DNA of 64,000 nucleotides from a virus (taxonomy: Duplodnaviria > Caudoviricetes): the IMG/VR virus record IMGVR_UViG_3300013368_000005, positions 1 to 64,000 of that record; one strand, 5' to 3'. The notes below the pieces were generated by a model. That model was not told where the DNA came from and searched no databases. It saw nothing but the letters and a program-made list of their open reading frames with translations. This document shows positions 1-10,624 of this stretch, in pieces; positions within the stretch are counted from its first letter, which is position 1, and every line of letters starts with the position of its first letter. The translations under genes and the position numbers were made by a program.

Positions 1-765
1 ATGATGAGAGATTATCAACAAGCAACTAATACTAATAAGGCGAATACTGAGGTAAACCAAAATTCAAAGAAAGAGGACGATTACAAAATCGATATCGAAC
101 CAATTGAATTCGATGGATTATTAAAGACTAAACTAACAACTACAATGACATTAGGTGCAGATATAAATAGATTATTCAGAACATTATTTAGTGATTATGA
201 AGGCTGTGTTATTGCACCAAACAATTACAATGGAGCTTTAGAGGCAGTATTATACTTCAAAGACAAAGCAAAAATTGCTAGAGCAGACGGTAAATTCACT
301 GCGGTAATTCCAAGAATGGAAAAAGTAAGAAGCAGAGAGAATACATCATTCTCACAAATTCAAGTATTCAATGCAAGAACAAACACTAAGCAATATGATG
401 TAACAGAAGAATTCAAAGGCTTAATGGCTCAGTTCGTAAATAATCACGGTAAGAAACCAGATTGGAATAGTATGGTATTCGAATTAAAGAATACAATAAA
501 CCAAATGGGTGCTTATGATATCTTAGTTGAAGTTAGAGGATTAGACCTATACAGAATATTAAAGAAAGTATATGGTGACAAAAATGGAGATACTAAAGTA
601 GACTACAATATATCTCTAATCAGATCTATTGGAGCTGGAGATGTAGGAGCTTTCAAAAACTTCTTAATCAGCATTCAACAATTAGATTCTAAAGAACTAG
701 AAAAACTAGCTTATGAAGTTGGAATGATTCCATCAATGGGTTCAGTTCCAATGATAAGAGGATAA
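1..765 (+). CDS. hypothetical phage protein (5' end may lie outside the window)
   Basis: 254-aa ORF followed by a hairpin terminator; no recognised motif. Confidence 0.75.
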   Translation: MMRDYQQATNTNKANTEVNQNSKKEDDYKIDIEPIEFDGLLKTKLTTTMTLGADINRLFRTLFSDYEGCVIAPNNYNGALEAVLYFKDKAKIARADGKFTAVIPRMEKVRSRENTSFSQIQVFNARTNTKQYDVTEEFKGLMAQFVNNHGKKPDWNSMVFELKNTINQMGAYDILVEVRGLDLYRILKKVYGDKNGDTKVDYNISLIRSIGAGDVGAFKNFLISIQQLDSKELEKLAYEVGMIPSMGSVPMIRG

Positions 766-771
766 ATTAAT

Positions 772-809
772 TAGAGTGTAGATTTTCTACACTCTACTTT
801 TTATTTTTT
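772..809 (+). terminator. intrinsic terminator
   Basis: TAGAGTGTAGA-ttt-TCTACACTCTA followed by a T-tract. Confidence 0.75.
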
Positions 810-829
810 AATTTTAGGAGGTATTTAAA

Positions 830-1231
830 ATGGCAGAAGGAAAAACAATAAATTATAATATAATAGATGAATTTGATCATATATTTGATGAGAAAGGAAA
901 TACATTTTTATCTCTAAGAAAAATACAATGGGGAGAGAAAGGTGGAGTAAAGTTAGATTTAAGAAAATGGTATAATAATTCAGATGGAGGAGAAACTGTT
1001 GGTAAAGGATTCAGCTTTTTAACAGAAGAAGGACCCCATGAATTAACTAGAATATTAGTTGGTAATAACTTTGGTGATACTAAAGAAATATTAGACTCTG
1101 TGAAGGAAAGAGAAGATTTTATACCTGCTTTAAAAGCTTCAATAGGAGGAGAGCCAGAAACTTATAAAGATGCATTCAGTGGGCAGGATTATTATGATCC
1201 TTCTGAGATATTTGGAGAGGATGAGGAATAA
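830..1231 (+). CDS. PC4/YdbC-family ssDNA-binding protein
   Basis: LRKIQWG...KLDLRKWY...GKGFSFLTEE matches the PC4/YdbC pattern; acidic C-terminal tail; SD AGGAGG. Confidence 0.75.
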   Translation: MAEGKTINYNIIDEFDHIFDEKGNTFLSLRKIQWGEKGGVKLDLRKWYNNSDGGETVGKGFSFLTEEGPHELTRILVGNNFGDTKEILDSVKEREDFIPALKASIGGEPETYKDAFSGQDYYDPSEIFGEDEE

Positions 1232-2283
1232 TGTTTAAAATATCTTTAGAACAACTATTGTATACAAATTATATAAAATATGATAGATTAACTCTATTGA
1301 TTAATGAAGCATTTAAAGGTTCAAATGCTAATACTGTTAATGTATATATAGATTTATATTCTATATTAAAGGGATTATATGTAAATAATTCATATAATAT
1401 AGAAGACTATTCTATAGTAACATCTTCTATAATAAATCTAGTAGCACACATGAGAGAATTCTTTAAAACTAGATATAGAGTTTATAGTAAATTTTTCATA
1501 GTATATTCTAAAAATTGTCCGTATGTAAATAAACAATTTTATATAGGATATAATAATAAACATGAGTTATCATTTAATGCTAATAAATTAGTAGATGATA
1601 TGATAGCTAATAATATTGAACTTTTAAACACTTTATGTCCATACCTGCCAGATATACACTTCATACAAGGTACGTTTGAGACAGGTGTAATTATGTATGA
1701 CTTAATATGTAGGAATGAGACAGTAGACAGTAGCCCACATATTATATTATCGAAAGATATGTATAATTATCAATTAGCAGCTATGAGAGATAATATAACA
1801 ATCCTACGTCCTAAAAAAGTAAATAAACAAGATGTATCTTATTTTATTAATAAGAATAATTTAATAAATATGTATCTATGGGATAAGAAATCTGATTATC
1901 AAAATACAATACTTATGCCAGGATTGATAAGTTATATTATGGCTTTATCTTCAGTGCCAGAAAGAAACATTAAATCTGCTTTCGGAATCAAAAAGACAAT
2001 GAAGACAATAGAACAAGCAGTTAGTAAATACAAGATAGTCAATGGATATAATTCAGATCCTTTAGGATTCTTTTTCAATCTAGATATTGATAAAATTAAA
2101 ATATGTGATAAGGAATTTGAATGTAGGTTTAAGGCTATAGATATACTGTTCCAGCATAATATATTTATTAATACACCAGAATGTCAGTCTATAGAATTGA
2201 AAGATTTATATGATCCTGAAACAGTTAAAGAAATCAACAATAAATATTTTGTAAAGAATCCATTAGACTTAAATAGATTATAG
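1231..2283 (+). CDS. degenerate 5'-3' flap exonuclease / T4 RNase H-like protein
   Basis: N-terminal YIDLYS, IILSKDMYNYQL (cf. IxSxDxDxxQL), MALSSVPERNIKSAFGIKKT (H3TH-like); several catalytic Asp residues absent. Confidence 0.5.
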   Translation: MFKISLEQLLYTNYIKYDRLTLLINEAFKGSNANTVNVYIDLYSILKGLYVNNSYNIEDYSIVTSSIINLVAHMREFFKTRYRVYSKFFIVYSKNCPYVNKQFYIGYNNKHELSFNANKLVDDMIANNIELLNTLCPYLPDIHFIQGTFETGVIMYDLICRNETVDSSPHIILSKDMYNYQLAAMRDNITILRPKKVNKQDVSYFINKNNLINMYLWDKKSDYQNTILMPGLISYIMALSSVPERNIKSAFGIKKTMKTIEQAVSKYKIVNGYNSDPLGFFFNLDIDKIKICDKEFECRFKAIDILFQHNIFINTPECQSIELKDLYDPETVKEINNKYFVKNPLDLNRL

Positions 2284-2340
2284 AAAACATAGTAGTAAGG
2301 TGTTACCCTTACTACTATTTTATTTTTTGGAGGTTATATT

Positions 2341-3522
2341 ATGGATACAAATAGATATAGATATTCAATTGAGCTAAGATATATGAAAGACAAAACAGAA
2401 TGTGTATTGGATACAACTAATATACACTATATGCTGATAGATTACGATTATGATAACAAAAATATGCCTGTTATTATAATGAAACTAGCAATAGATAAAA
2501 ATTTATTAGACGATATGATAAAAAATTCGTCTAATAAAACAGTAACCCTTATTATCCAAAAATATATATATGATTCCTCTCCATCGATTAAAGAGGATTA
2601 TATTAGAAAAGAGTTCATTTATTTTTTATCAGATAATATCAATTATACAAAAGACTTAGATTATAGTGGAGAAAATACAGATAGAGAGGATATTCATAGA
2701 ATTGTCGAAATAGGACTTATGGATCAAGATATGATAAATAGTAATAAGAAAGTTATAAATACTGTTGTTCAATCTGGGAATCTTTCTAGTTTATTATTAA
2801 TGTATTTAGGAGATTCTAGAATATTAATGGAGCCTGTAAACAATATAAATATTAATAATTTTATAGTTCCTCCTTTAAATAGCAAAACCCAATTTATAAG
2901 GTATATTGATAATTGCTTTAATTTGTACAACAGTAGATATAGATTGTTTTATGATTTTGATAAGACTTATTTATTAGGCTCTACTGGAAATGCTATACCG
3001 TCTAAAGAGGAGAAGGCAACATCTATTTTTATTAATGTAGACAATACTGCAGTCCCAGAGTCTAAAACACAGGGTATGTATATAGATTATAAAAAAAGAG
3101 CTTATATACTAGAAGTAGATACTCAGAATATAGCTATAGCCGAAGATAAAGCCACCCATAGAAGTGTAACAAAGATAATTGGAGTAGGTAGCGATGGGAA
3201 TACTTCGGAAGCTGATATAGCCAATTCTAAAAATAATAAAAGCACAAATATAGAAATTAGAAGGATGATAAATAATAATACCGATAATGTATCTAATATA
3301 AAATCAGATATTGATAATTATTCTACTATGGTTAGTATAACAAAAACAGAACTGGACAGCAGTATATTTACTATAAACAAAGAATATACTATAAACAACT
3401 ATGATCAATTAAAAGATAAAACAGGCAGATTTTTGTTATCTAGAAAAAGAGAGATATATACAAGAGATGATCATAACTATATTCTTACAAGTATTTTAAG
3501 TTTAAGGAAAGTAATATCCTAG
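2341..3522 (+). CDS. putative baseplate hub-like virion protein
   Basis: late promoter AACA-TAGTAG-TA at 2286; beta-rich pattern and structural context; inference. Confidence 0.4.
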   Translation: MDTNRYRYSIELRYMKDKTECVLDTTNIHYMLIDYDYDNKNMPVIIMKLAIDKNLLDDMIKNSSNKTVTLIIQKYIYDSSPSIKEDYIRKEFIYFLSDNINYTKDLDYSGENTDREDIHRIVEIGLMDQDMINSNKKVINTVVQSGNLSSLLLMYLGDSRILMEPVNNININNFIVPPLNSKTQFIRYIDNCFNLYNSRYRLFYDFDKTYLLGSTGNAIPSKEEKATSIFINVDNTAVPESKTQGMYIDYKKRAYILEVDTQNIAIAEDKATHRSVTKIIGVGSDGNTSEADIANSKNNKSTNIEIRRMINNNTDNVSNIKSDIDNYSTMVSITKTELDSSIFTINKEYTINNYDQLKDKTGRFLLSRKREIYTRDDHNYILTSILSLRKVIS

Positions 3523-3556
3523 TACAATACGTACTAGGATATCTTTTTATTTTTTT
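3514..3556. terminator. terminator between convergent genes
   Basis: ATATCCTAGTAC-aatac-GTACTAGGATAT. Confidence 0.75.
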
Positions 3557-4770
3557 GAAATTTTATCAGTTGCATTTTTAACGCCTTTAGATACTTTATC
3601 GAAGAATGAATCCATATTGTCATCATTATTGCCAGATGATTTATCTTTGTTATCATTATAATTGGAACCATTATCCTTGGCTTTGGTATCTGAAGCGTCA
3701 TTTTTTACTCCTACATAATCTCTTACATGGAGTTTAATTAACGACATGTATTCTTTATATATCTCTTCAGATATAGTCAATTTAGCAGCCAAGAAATCAC
3801 CACATATTTTAAGATATCTATTTAATCTGTCCCCATCTTCTTTAGCATTAGAAGCATTATTTTTAATATCGTCTTCATTACTAGCATTGTCTTTATTTGA
3901 AATATTAGTATTAGCCTTAGCTGGATTTGTTTCTTTTGTTTGTTGTTGATTATTACCAGTCGTATTTGTATTATTATTCTGGTTATTACTTGTACCATTA
4001 GGTTCTACCTTTTGTACTTGAAGTTCATTTATGGATATATACCCTTCATTAATATGAGAATAATATTTAGCATCTTCAAATATATTAGTAGATTCTTGTA
4101 TCTCTCCGTCTCTAGCCATCTTATTTATAACTTCTATTGCAGTATTTCCTGCAACTCTTATAGCTCCTATATCTTTTTCTAAGCTTCTTCTTATTTGATC
4201 ATAATTATAGCAATAGTTAAAAATATCTGTCATATTTATTTTATTAGAATCCATTTCAATTGGTTCAGAAGAACCCCTAAATTTAGTTTTCACTTGATCA
4301 ACAAAAGATGCTTTTGAACTAGGGTTTGTATAATTATTAAAATATGCTGATATAAATGTTTCATCAGAAGATAATTTGTCTCTCATTGAACCATAATTCA
4401 ATGCAGGCACTGATGCATTTACCAGTGTTTTTACATCGTATTTATACATAGTTAATTTATAATCTTTCATCTTTTTCTTTAATATAGTTTCTCTATATTT
4501 ATCTAGATAGTTCTTATCGGCTTTTACAAGGTTATTCATACCTTCTAAGAATTTACCCCACATTCTAGCTATTGCCGCTATTAATTTTTTTATTCCATTT
4601 TTAAGAGAATCTACAAATGATTCGTTTATAGCTTTAATATTTACTATATTATTATTTCCTTCAGCTATAAGAAGGCATTCATTTAAATATCTAGTCATTT
4701 TAGCATTTTCTACTACTTCTTCTGCTAAGAACATAGAATATTTTACTAATTCTAAATTATTATTTTCCAT
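3547..4770 (-). CDS. internal head-like virion protein, paralog 1
   Basis: INES followed by amphipathic helix FVDSLKNGIKKLIAAIARMWGKF and DKNYLDKY, shared with the next three ORFs. Confidence 0.55.
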   Translation of the reverse strand: MENNNLELVKYSMFLAEEVVENAKMTRYLNECLLIAEGNNNIVNIKAINESFVDSLKNGIKKLIAAIARMWGKFLEGMNNLVKADKNYLDKYRETILKKKMKDYKLTMYKYDVKTLVNASVPALNYGSMRDKLSSDETFISAYFNNYTNPSSKASFVDQVKTKFRGSSEPIEMDSNKINMTDIFNYCYNYDQIRRSLEKDIGAIRVAGNTAIEVINKMARDGEIQESTNIFEDAKYYSHINEGYISINELQVQKVEPNGTSNNQNNNTNTTGNNQQQTKETNPAKANTNISNKDNASNEDDIKNNASNAKEDGDRLNRYLKICGDFLAAKLTISEEIYKEYMSLIKLHVRDYVGVKNDASDTKAKDNGSNYNDNKDKSSGNNDDNMDSFFDKVSKGVKNATDKISKK

Positions 4771-4783
4771 AATTTATTCACCT

Positions 4784-5863
4784 CTAATTTTGTTTATTTA
4801 ATTTATTACTGTTTACTCTTTGTAAAGATTTATATAATAGTATTTTATCTTGTTTATAGCATTGAGTTATAGCATCTAATTTAGCAGAAAATGCTAAACT
4901 ATGAATAGTAGACATTTCTATAACTTGATTTGCTTTGGTCTTAATAAATAAATCTATTCTAGTCATAGTTTCATTATTAACAGTAATGTTTTTAGTAGGG
5001 CTATCATATTTATCATCAACAGTTATTCCTAATAATTTACCAGCATCTAAATCTCTATTTCTATAAATCATAGACTGAATTTGTTTCTTAATTTGTTCAT
5101 AATCTAATTCTATCTTCCCTTTAGTATTCTTTGTTTGTTTTTCTATATCCTTATAGTTTTGGAATCTTCCTAGACACGTCATTACATAATCAGCTGTTGC
5201 TGTAATAGTATCTTTAGATGATTTTCCATTTCTATATATAGCAAATAACTCATTTGCAAAATCAGATTGAGGAATAGTAATTCCATCTTTACCTATTACT
5301 TCTCCTCTAAATCTATCATACCATTCATAATTTAAATCTTGTTTTAAACTACCATGTGCTTTATCAACTGCATTTTTTATATTTTCACTATTAGATAGTT
5401 CTTCAAATTTTAAACCAACAAATTTCTCATTAAATGAAGCTAAAGCATCAATAACTGGAATTTGTGGTTCTATAGTAAATTCGTATCCTTCAAAATCAAA
5501 TTCATGAATCTTATCAAATGTTGATAATTGATCTTTATGCTTATTAATAAATTTATCAGATGATACCATTTTATTTAGATTAATTATAAATCTATTTACT
5601 AGATTTTTTATATATTGCAAGAATCTGTCTATTATATCTTTTATTTTACCAAAGAAATCTCCAAATGATTCATTTACAATATTATATTCTTGTCCACCTT
5701 CTAATATGGACTTATAAAGTATCTTGCTTTCTTCTCTAACTTGATTTTTCATTTCAGAAAGATATTCTAGTGTTGAAAAGAAAAAAGTTTCTTCTGTTAT
5801 TGAAACATCTATAGCATTTTTTGTATTTAAATTTTCAGTAAGTAAATTGTTAACTGTAAACAT
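4784..5863 (-). CDS. internal head-like virion protein, paralog 2
   Basis: VNES-FGDFFGKIKDIIDRFLQYIKNL...DKFINKH. Confidence 0.55.
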   Translation of the reverse strand: MFTVNNLLTENLNTKNAIDVSITEETFFFSTLEYLSEMKNQVREESKILYKSILEGGQEYNIVNESFGDFFGKIKDIIDRFLQYIKNLVNRFIINLNKMVSSDKFINKHKDQLSTFDKIHEFDFEGYEFTIEPQIPVIDALASFNEKFVGLKFEELSNSENIKNAVDKAHGSLKQDLNYEWYDRFRGEVIGKDGITIPQSDFANELFAIYRNGKSSKDTITATADYVMTCLGRFQNYKDIEKQTKNTKGKIELDYEQIKKQIQSMIYRNRDLDAGKLLGITVDDKYDSPTKNITVNNETMTRIDLFIKTKANQVIEMSTIHSLAFSAKLDAITQCYKQDKILLYKSLQRVNSNKLNKQN

Positions 5864-5892
5864 TATTACACCTCCATAATTAATAAAAAATA

Positions 5893-5918
5893 ATGGGATT
5901 ACCTAATGGTAATCCCAT
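5893..5918 (-). terminator. intrinsic terminator
   Basis: ATGGGATTACC-taat-GGTAATCCCAT with a minus-strand U-tract. Confidence 0.7.
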
Positions 5919-5941
5919 CTTAATCACCTTTAGGTAATCTA

Positions 5942-6967
5942 TTAGATAAATTTAACAGTATCAAAGAATGTTCCTGATTCATTAACACTTGCATTTTCTT
6001 TAACTGCTTTATGAGTTATAACTCTAGCACAAATAGCTTTGGCTTGTCTGTTATTATCTTTAATAGCAGTTAGGATAGAACCATTAACAACTTGAAGTAT
6101 AGCTAACTTCTCTTTTAAGAAGTAAACTCTATTATTAGCATGTCTAATTTGTTTGCTTCTTAATTCTCTTCCATCTGCATTTGTAGTTGCATTTAATAAT
6201 TCTTTTTCTATAGCTTCTATAAATTTAATATCTTCTTTTATAGCTGTTTCTAGTTGCTTATAAGCTTCTTCAGCTTTTTTCTTACCATCTTTAGTACCAG
6301 ATATGATACTAATTTGGTCAGAAATATTAACACCTTCAATTTCTTTCTTAGAATCTTCCCCAGATCTTAATTTGCTATAAAGTTCTTTATTAAATTCAGT
6401 AGCAGTAAGTTTTCCACCACCAAATACTTGACCTCTCATTTTTTCAACTGAATCAACTTTATCTTTAGCTTTGTCCAATTCAGTATCAATAGCAGGCTCA
6501 TTTAATTTTATAGTTGCTGATACAGGAATATCTATATTTCCATTTGCTTTAGCAATAGTCACAGCATCTAGATTGTATTTGAATCCTTTATATTTAAATC
6601 CAGCTGTTTCAGCCATCATTAAATCTCTCTTATATTTCTTTAAGAAAGCTTCGTCGGATTTAATATATCCATTAAACATAGCGAAGAATTTCTTAAATAA
6701 TCCTCTTATTTTTTCTAAAATATTCATGAAAAAGTTTTTAGCTTTTCCTAAAAAGCCCTTTACGTCAGCAGCTTCATATACCATTTCATGTCCATTCTTT
6801 TCGAAATAACTTAATTCATTAATACCTATAGTTTGCATTAATAAATTATAGTTTACCTCGGACTCAGCAATTATAGCACAAGCACCTTCCATACATGGTT
6901 CATATTGGCACTCTATAACATTTTGATTTTCTAAATTTATTTGATTATTTGCAGTAAAAACTCCCAT
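5942..6967 (-). CDS. internal head-like virion protein, paralog 3
   Basis: VYEA-ADVKGFLGKAKNFFMNILEKIRGLF...DEAFLKKY. Confidence 0.55.
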   Translation of the reverse strand: MGVFTANNQINLENQNVIECQYEPCMEGACAIIAESEVNYNLLMQTIGINELSYFEKNGHEMVYEAADVKGFLGKAKNFFMNILEKIRGLFKKFFAMFNGYIKSDEAFLKKYKRDLMMAETAGFKYKGFKYNLDAVTIAKANGNIDIPVSATIKLNEPAIDTELDKAKDKVDSVEKMRGQVFGGGKLTATEFNKELYSKLRSGEDSKKEIEGVNISDQISIISGTKDGKKKAEEAYKQLETAIKEDIKFIEAIEKELLNATTNADGRELRSKQIRHANNRVYFLKEKLAILQVVNGSILTAIKDNNRQAKAICARVITHKAVKENASVNESGTFFDTVKFI

Positions 6968-7027
6968 TTTACATCCTCCTTAAAAATTAATTTGGGAAGG
7001 CTCTACAATATAATAGAGCCTAATTTT

Positions 7028-8119
7028 TTATACAGTTTCATATGAAGCAAAAGAACTTTCTATTTCAAACTCTGCAGCTTCACCTACAGCTTGAAGTAAT
7101 TCTGCTCCTTCATTTACAGATTTATTAAATGTAACTGCTTGTTGGAATACTCTTCTACATTGTTTAATGTGGAATTTACAAGCATCTATTAGTCCAGCAC
7201 TAGTTTTGTTAGCAACTGTTTGTTGAGCAGACATAAGTTTATAATAAACATTACATCTTTTCATAGTTAATCTATCAGCCTTAGAGCTTTCTTCATCTTT
7301 GAACTTAAGATCTGCTTTTAATTTATCAGTATCTTTTAATGCTTTACTGAATGCTTCATCAACTTTCTTTTCATATGATTTAACATTTTTAAGAATAGTT
7401 GAGCTTTCAGTTAATATAGACATTATATGATTAAGATCTGAATCTTTTAAACCTTCAACTTCTTTTTCTTCAGCAAATGCTTTTTCATGCATTTGTTTAG
7501 AAAACTCAGACGCAGTGATGGAACTACCTTCACCTACTGTTTTAGCATATAATTTTTCCATGAAATCTGAACTACTTACTTCTTTCATAACGCTGTCTAA
7601 TTCTGTTTCTGAATCCTTGAATACATCAGTTTTAGTTGAATCTATAACAGCAACAGCTGCTGCTAACCTCTTATCTACTTCAATATTAAAGCTTCTATCC
7701 GCAGGTTCAGCCCATTTGTATTTCATTTTGTGTAAGTTAGTTTTTTGTAAAACTTGTTTCTTATACTTTTCAACAAATTTTTTATTATCTCTTATGATAA
7801 TACCAGTAAATTTGTCTACAAAAGATTTTAATAATCCTTTAATTTTAGCCCAAGCCTTTTTAACGAATTCTTTAATTTTGTCTACAAAACTTGAAACTCC
7901 TGCTTCTGTTACTGCTTCGAACTCCATATTTTCATGCATTGCAGCAACTTCTGCAAAATCTTGAGATATTACAGCATCAAATACTGCTTGGTCGTTTTGA
8001 CAACCTTCTACTACCATTTGGAAAGAACCGAACTCTCCAAAATAATTTTCATTTGCTACGATATCTTCTCCATCGTAGTTTCCTAATCCTGTTCTATTTC
8101 CTGAATAAAAAACTGACAC
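7028..8119 (-). CDS. internal head-like virion protein, paralog 4
   Basis: VTEA-GVSSFVDKIKEFVKKAWAKIKGLL...NKKFVEKY; late promoter upstream. Confidence 0.55.
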   Translation of the reverse strand: MSVFYSGNRTGLGNYDGEDIVANENYFGEFGSFQMVVEGCQNDQAVFDAVISQDFAEVAAMHENMEFEAVTEAGVSSFVDKIKEFVKKAWAKIKGLLKSFVDKFTGIIIRDNKKFVEKYKKQVLQKTNLHKMKYKWAEPADRSFNIEVDKRLAAAVAVIDSTKTDVFKDSETELDSVMKEVSSSDFMEKLYAKTVGEGSSITASEFSKQMHEKAFAEEKEVEGLKDSDLNHIMSILTESSTILKNVKSYEKKVDEAFSKALKDTDKLKADLKFKDEESSKADRLTMKRCNVYYKLMSAQQTVANKTSAGLIDACKFHIKQCRRVFQQAVTFNKSVNEGAELLQAVGEAAEFEIESSFASYETV

Positions 8120-8177
8120 AATTAATCATCCTTTCTCAAATTATTTTTAATTAAATTGTATTTTTTATTTAAATATT

Positions 8178-8199
8178 TACTTGTATGTTCATACAAGTA
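8178..8199 (-). promoter_or_regulatory. late promoter AACA-TACAAG-TA embedded in a perfect 10-bp inverted repeat
   Basis: TACTTGTATG-tt-CATACAAGTA. Confidence 0.6.
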
Positions 8200-8234
8200 C
8201 TTTACTAATATGGCTATTTATTTTGATATAGCCA

Positions 8235-9251
8235 TTAAAATAAAGCAGAGGATGCAGAATCTGGTACACTATCAAATACTTCATCTGCTTTATACTTCTT
8301 ATTGTTACTTGTTATTTCTTTAGTTGCCTTTGTTTCAGATTCCTTGTTAGATATAGCTAATTTATTAGAAATTTTTCTGAATAACTCAACTATCTTCATT
8401 TGTTTGTTAGTAATTCTTTTCTTCTCGTCTTTATTTAAAGTGGAATTACTTTCAACATTGTAAGCATTCATTTGTAATAAATCAGCTTGTATATCGAAAT
8501 AATCTGATACTCTTACTCTTGAATAATAAAAAAAGAATACGAGTTCTCTCATTATAGGTAATATATTTAGTATAAGCCCAACTAAAGCAATACTACCAGC
8601 TATTATACCTATATCATCTATACCTGTTAATTGTTTAATATTTTTCTTTATAACCATTTCGAAACAAGTATCTATCTGTCCAGCATCACAAGCTTTATTA
8701 AATCTCTGTAAATTAGAGAATAATAGATTTTGTTTAGTTTTATTTAAGGCAACTTTATCTAGTATTATTCCAAACTCTTCTTCAGTTGGAGTTTTAATAA
8801 ACTCTATACAAGTAGCTACTAAAAAAGATGTACTGCTTATAATTGATAAACATATTGTAGAATACATAACTATTGGCATTTCCACATTTAACTTAAATGC
8901 TTTTTCAAACAGCTCTCTTCTAGAAACAATGTTTTTTAAAGCTTCCTCTATTATTAGTACTGGTTTAGGGTCTTGTTTATATTCTATAAGCAATGATTTT
9001 AATACACCAATACAGTCTGTGAGTTTTTCATAATTATATAATTTAGTAATATCACCTTTTGTACTAGGGATATCACCATAATCTATATCATCAACTTTAT
9101 CAACTATATGATTATATAATTTAGAAGTTAGTACTGATAATGCTTGATTTTGATCTGCCTCATTTAAAGAAATCATTATTTTTCTAGTATCTTTATCCAT
9201 TATATTGAAATTTTCATATACTATTTTATCATAGTCTTGTTTAAATCCCAT
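8235..9251 (-). CDS. virion-associated hypothetical protein with hydrophobic segments
   Basis: 338 aa; IGIIAGSIALVGLILNILPI; late operon. Confidence 0.6.
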   Translation of the reverse strand: MGFKQDYDKIVYENFNIMDKDTRKIMISLNEADQNQALSVLTSKLYNHIVDKVDDIDYGDIPSTKGDITKLYNYEKLTDCIGVLKSLLIEYKQDPKPVLIIEEALKNIVSRRELFEKAFKLNVEMPIVMYSTICLSIISSTSFLVATCIEFIKTPTEEEFGIILDKVALNKTKQNLLFSNLQRFNKACDAGQIDTCFEMVIKKNIKQLTGIDDIGIIAGSIALVGLILNILPIMRELVFFFYYSRVRVSDYFDIQADLLQMNAYNVESNSTLNKDEKKRITNKQMKIVELFRKISNKLAISNKESETKATKEITSNNKKYKADEVFDSVPDSASSALF

Positions 9252-9267
9252 TTATATCCCCTCCTTT

Positions 9268-10545
9268 TTATCTAGACATTTTAGTCATAAGATTGATTAC
9301 TTTCTTATAGCTATTATCGCCTGATTCTCTTTCTAACTGTGAAAATGAAACATGCTCATATATGTCGTCACCAGTATCGAAAATAAATTTAGCAACTTCC
9401 ATAGATTCGTCCATAATACATACACCCATTAAATTATAAGCTTCCATTATTGGTCTTATCACTTTAGGGCTTTCTATATTTATATTTTCTGTTTTTTTAA
9501 GATACTCTACTTCTTCTTGTGAAATTAGTAGAGTTGTAATTGCACTTGCATCATTTGTCTGTCCTAATACTCTTCTTATTTTACTTTTTGTTCCTCTTCT
9601 TTCTAATATCTTCCATAATTTAGAAGATGAACCTTTTTTAGATTGAGATAGTGCATCAACTTTGGCTTTATCCAAAGCAAATAGAAAATCTCTGCAGAAA
9701 CTTATTTCTCTTGTTGTCGCTCTTATTAATTTTAAGAATCCATTATTGTCTTCATTCTTAACAATGATTCTATTTAGTATATCAGCAGAATCTATTGGGT
9801 ATAGTTTAGCTTTAACCCCTATAACAGCCTGCTGAGCAATTGCTTGACCAGAATCTTGACTTACAAAGTTAATAACCATCATGCTTGGTATTAATTCATT
9901 AGCCTTCTTTACATCTGAATCTAATAATTGAGTTTTAAACACATCATTCATATTTTTTAGAGATGAAGTATAATTTTGTCTATCTTTATAAGTGTCTTCT
10001 TGTATAATAGTATTTTTTCCCATAACTGATTCAGGATAAATTTTAAAGTCTCCTATAGAACTTTCTGATATGCTATCTGGTAATACATATGATAAATTTT
10101 TTATATCTTTTTTTACTTGTTCATATAATATAGAATCTGTTATTGCTTGTACACCAGATTCTTGTGCAGTTATAACAAATTTATCTAGAGCATTCATGAA
10201 TTGATCTACATTCATACTATCATCTATCTTTAGATTAGTATGGAATTGAGATATATATTCTATTGCATCTTTTGCAGTTGTGATATTGATAGCACTAAAT
10301 AACATTTGAAGCATGGTCATTGCTTTTCTCTCTACTGCCTTAGTAGCCATTGCAGAATTATCTATAGATGTATTTCTACTTGCTCCTACAGGAAATACAA
10401 GTGTTAAATTAGAAGATGCTTGAGCTATAGATCTAAAGCTCCCTTTCCTATTTGTTATTCCAGCTATTGCTTCTGAGTTTTTTACATCTGATATTATATC
10501 AATTACATCACGAATAATGGTTTCATGTACTATTTCACATCCCAT
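9268..10545 (-). CDS. putative virion structural protein
   Basis: 425 aa; late promoter AACA-TAAAAT-TA near 10574-10585; SD AAGGAGG. Confidence 0.6.
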   Translation of the reverse strand: MGCEIVHETIIRDVIDIISDVKNSEAIAGITNRKGSFRSIAQASSNLTLVFPVGASRNTSIDNSAMATKAVERKAMTMLQMLFSAINITTAKDAIEYISQFHTNLKIDDSMNVDQFMNALDKFVITAQESGVQAITDSILYEQVKKDIKNLSYVLPDSISESSIGDFKIYPESVMGKNTIIQEDTYKDRQNYTSSLKNMNDVFKTQLLDSDVKKANELIPSMMVINFVSQDSGQAIAQQAVIGVKAKLYPIDSADILNRIIVKNEDNNGFLKLIRATTREISFCRDFLFALDKAKVDALSQSKKGSSSKLWKILERRGTKSKIRRVLGQTNDASAITTLLISQEEVEYLKKTENINIESPKVIRPIMEAYNLMGVCIMDESMEVAKFIFDTGDDIYEHVSFSQLERESGDNSYKKVINLMTKMSR

Positions 10546-10624
10546 TTTAAATCCTCCTTTATAATGATTATTTAATTTTATGTTAAATGATAAAAAAATA
10601 AAGACTTATAGCAATTCAGTCACT

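Noticed and set aside
3746-8154. Plus-strand ORFs overlapping the head-protein paralogs, and similar short antisense ORFs elsewhere in the track
   Set aside because: Fully antisense to well-supported genes
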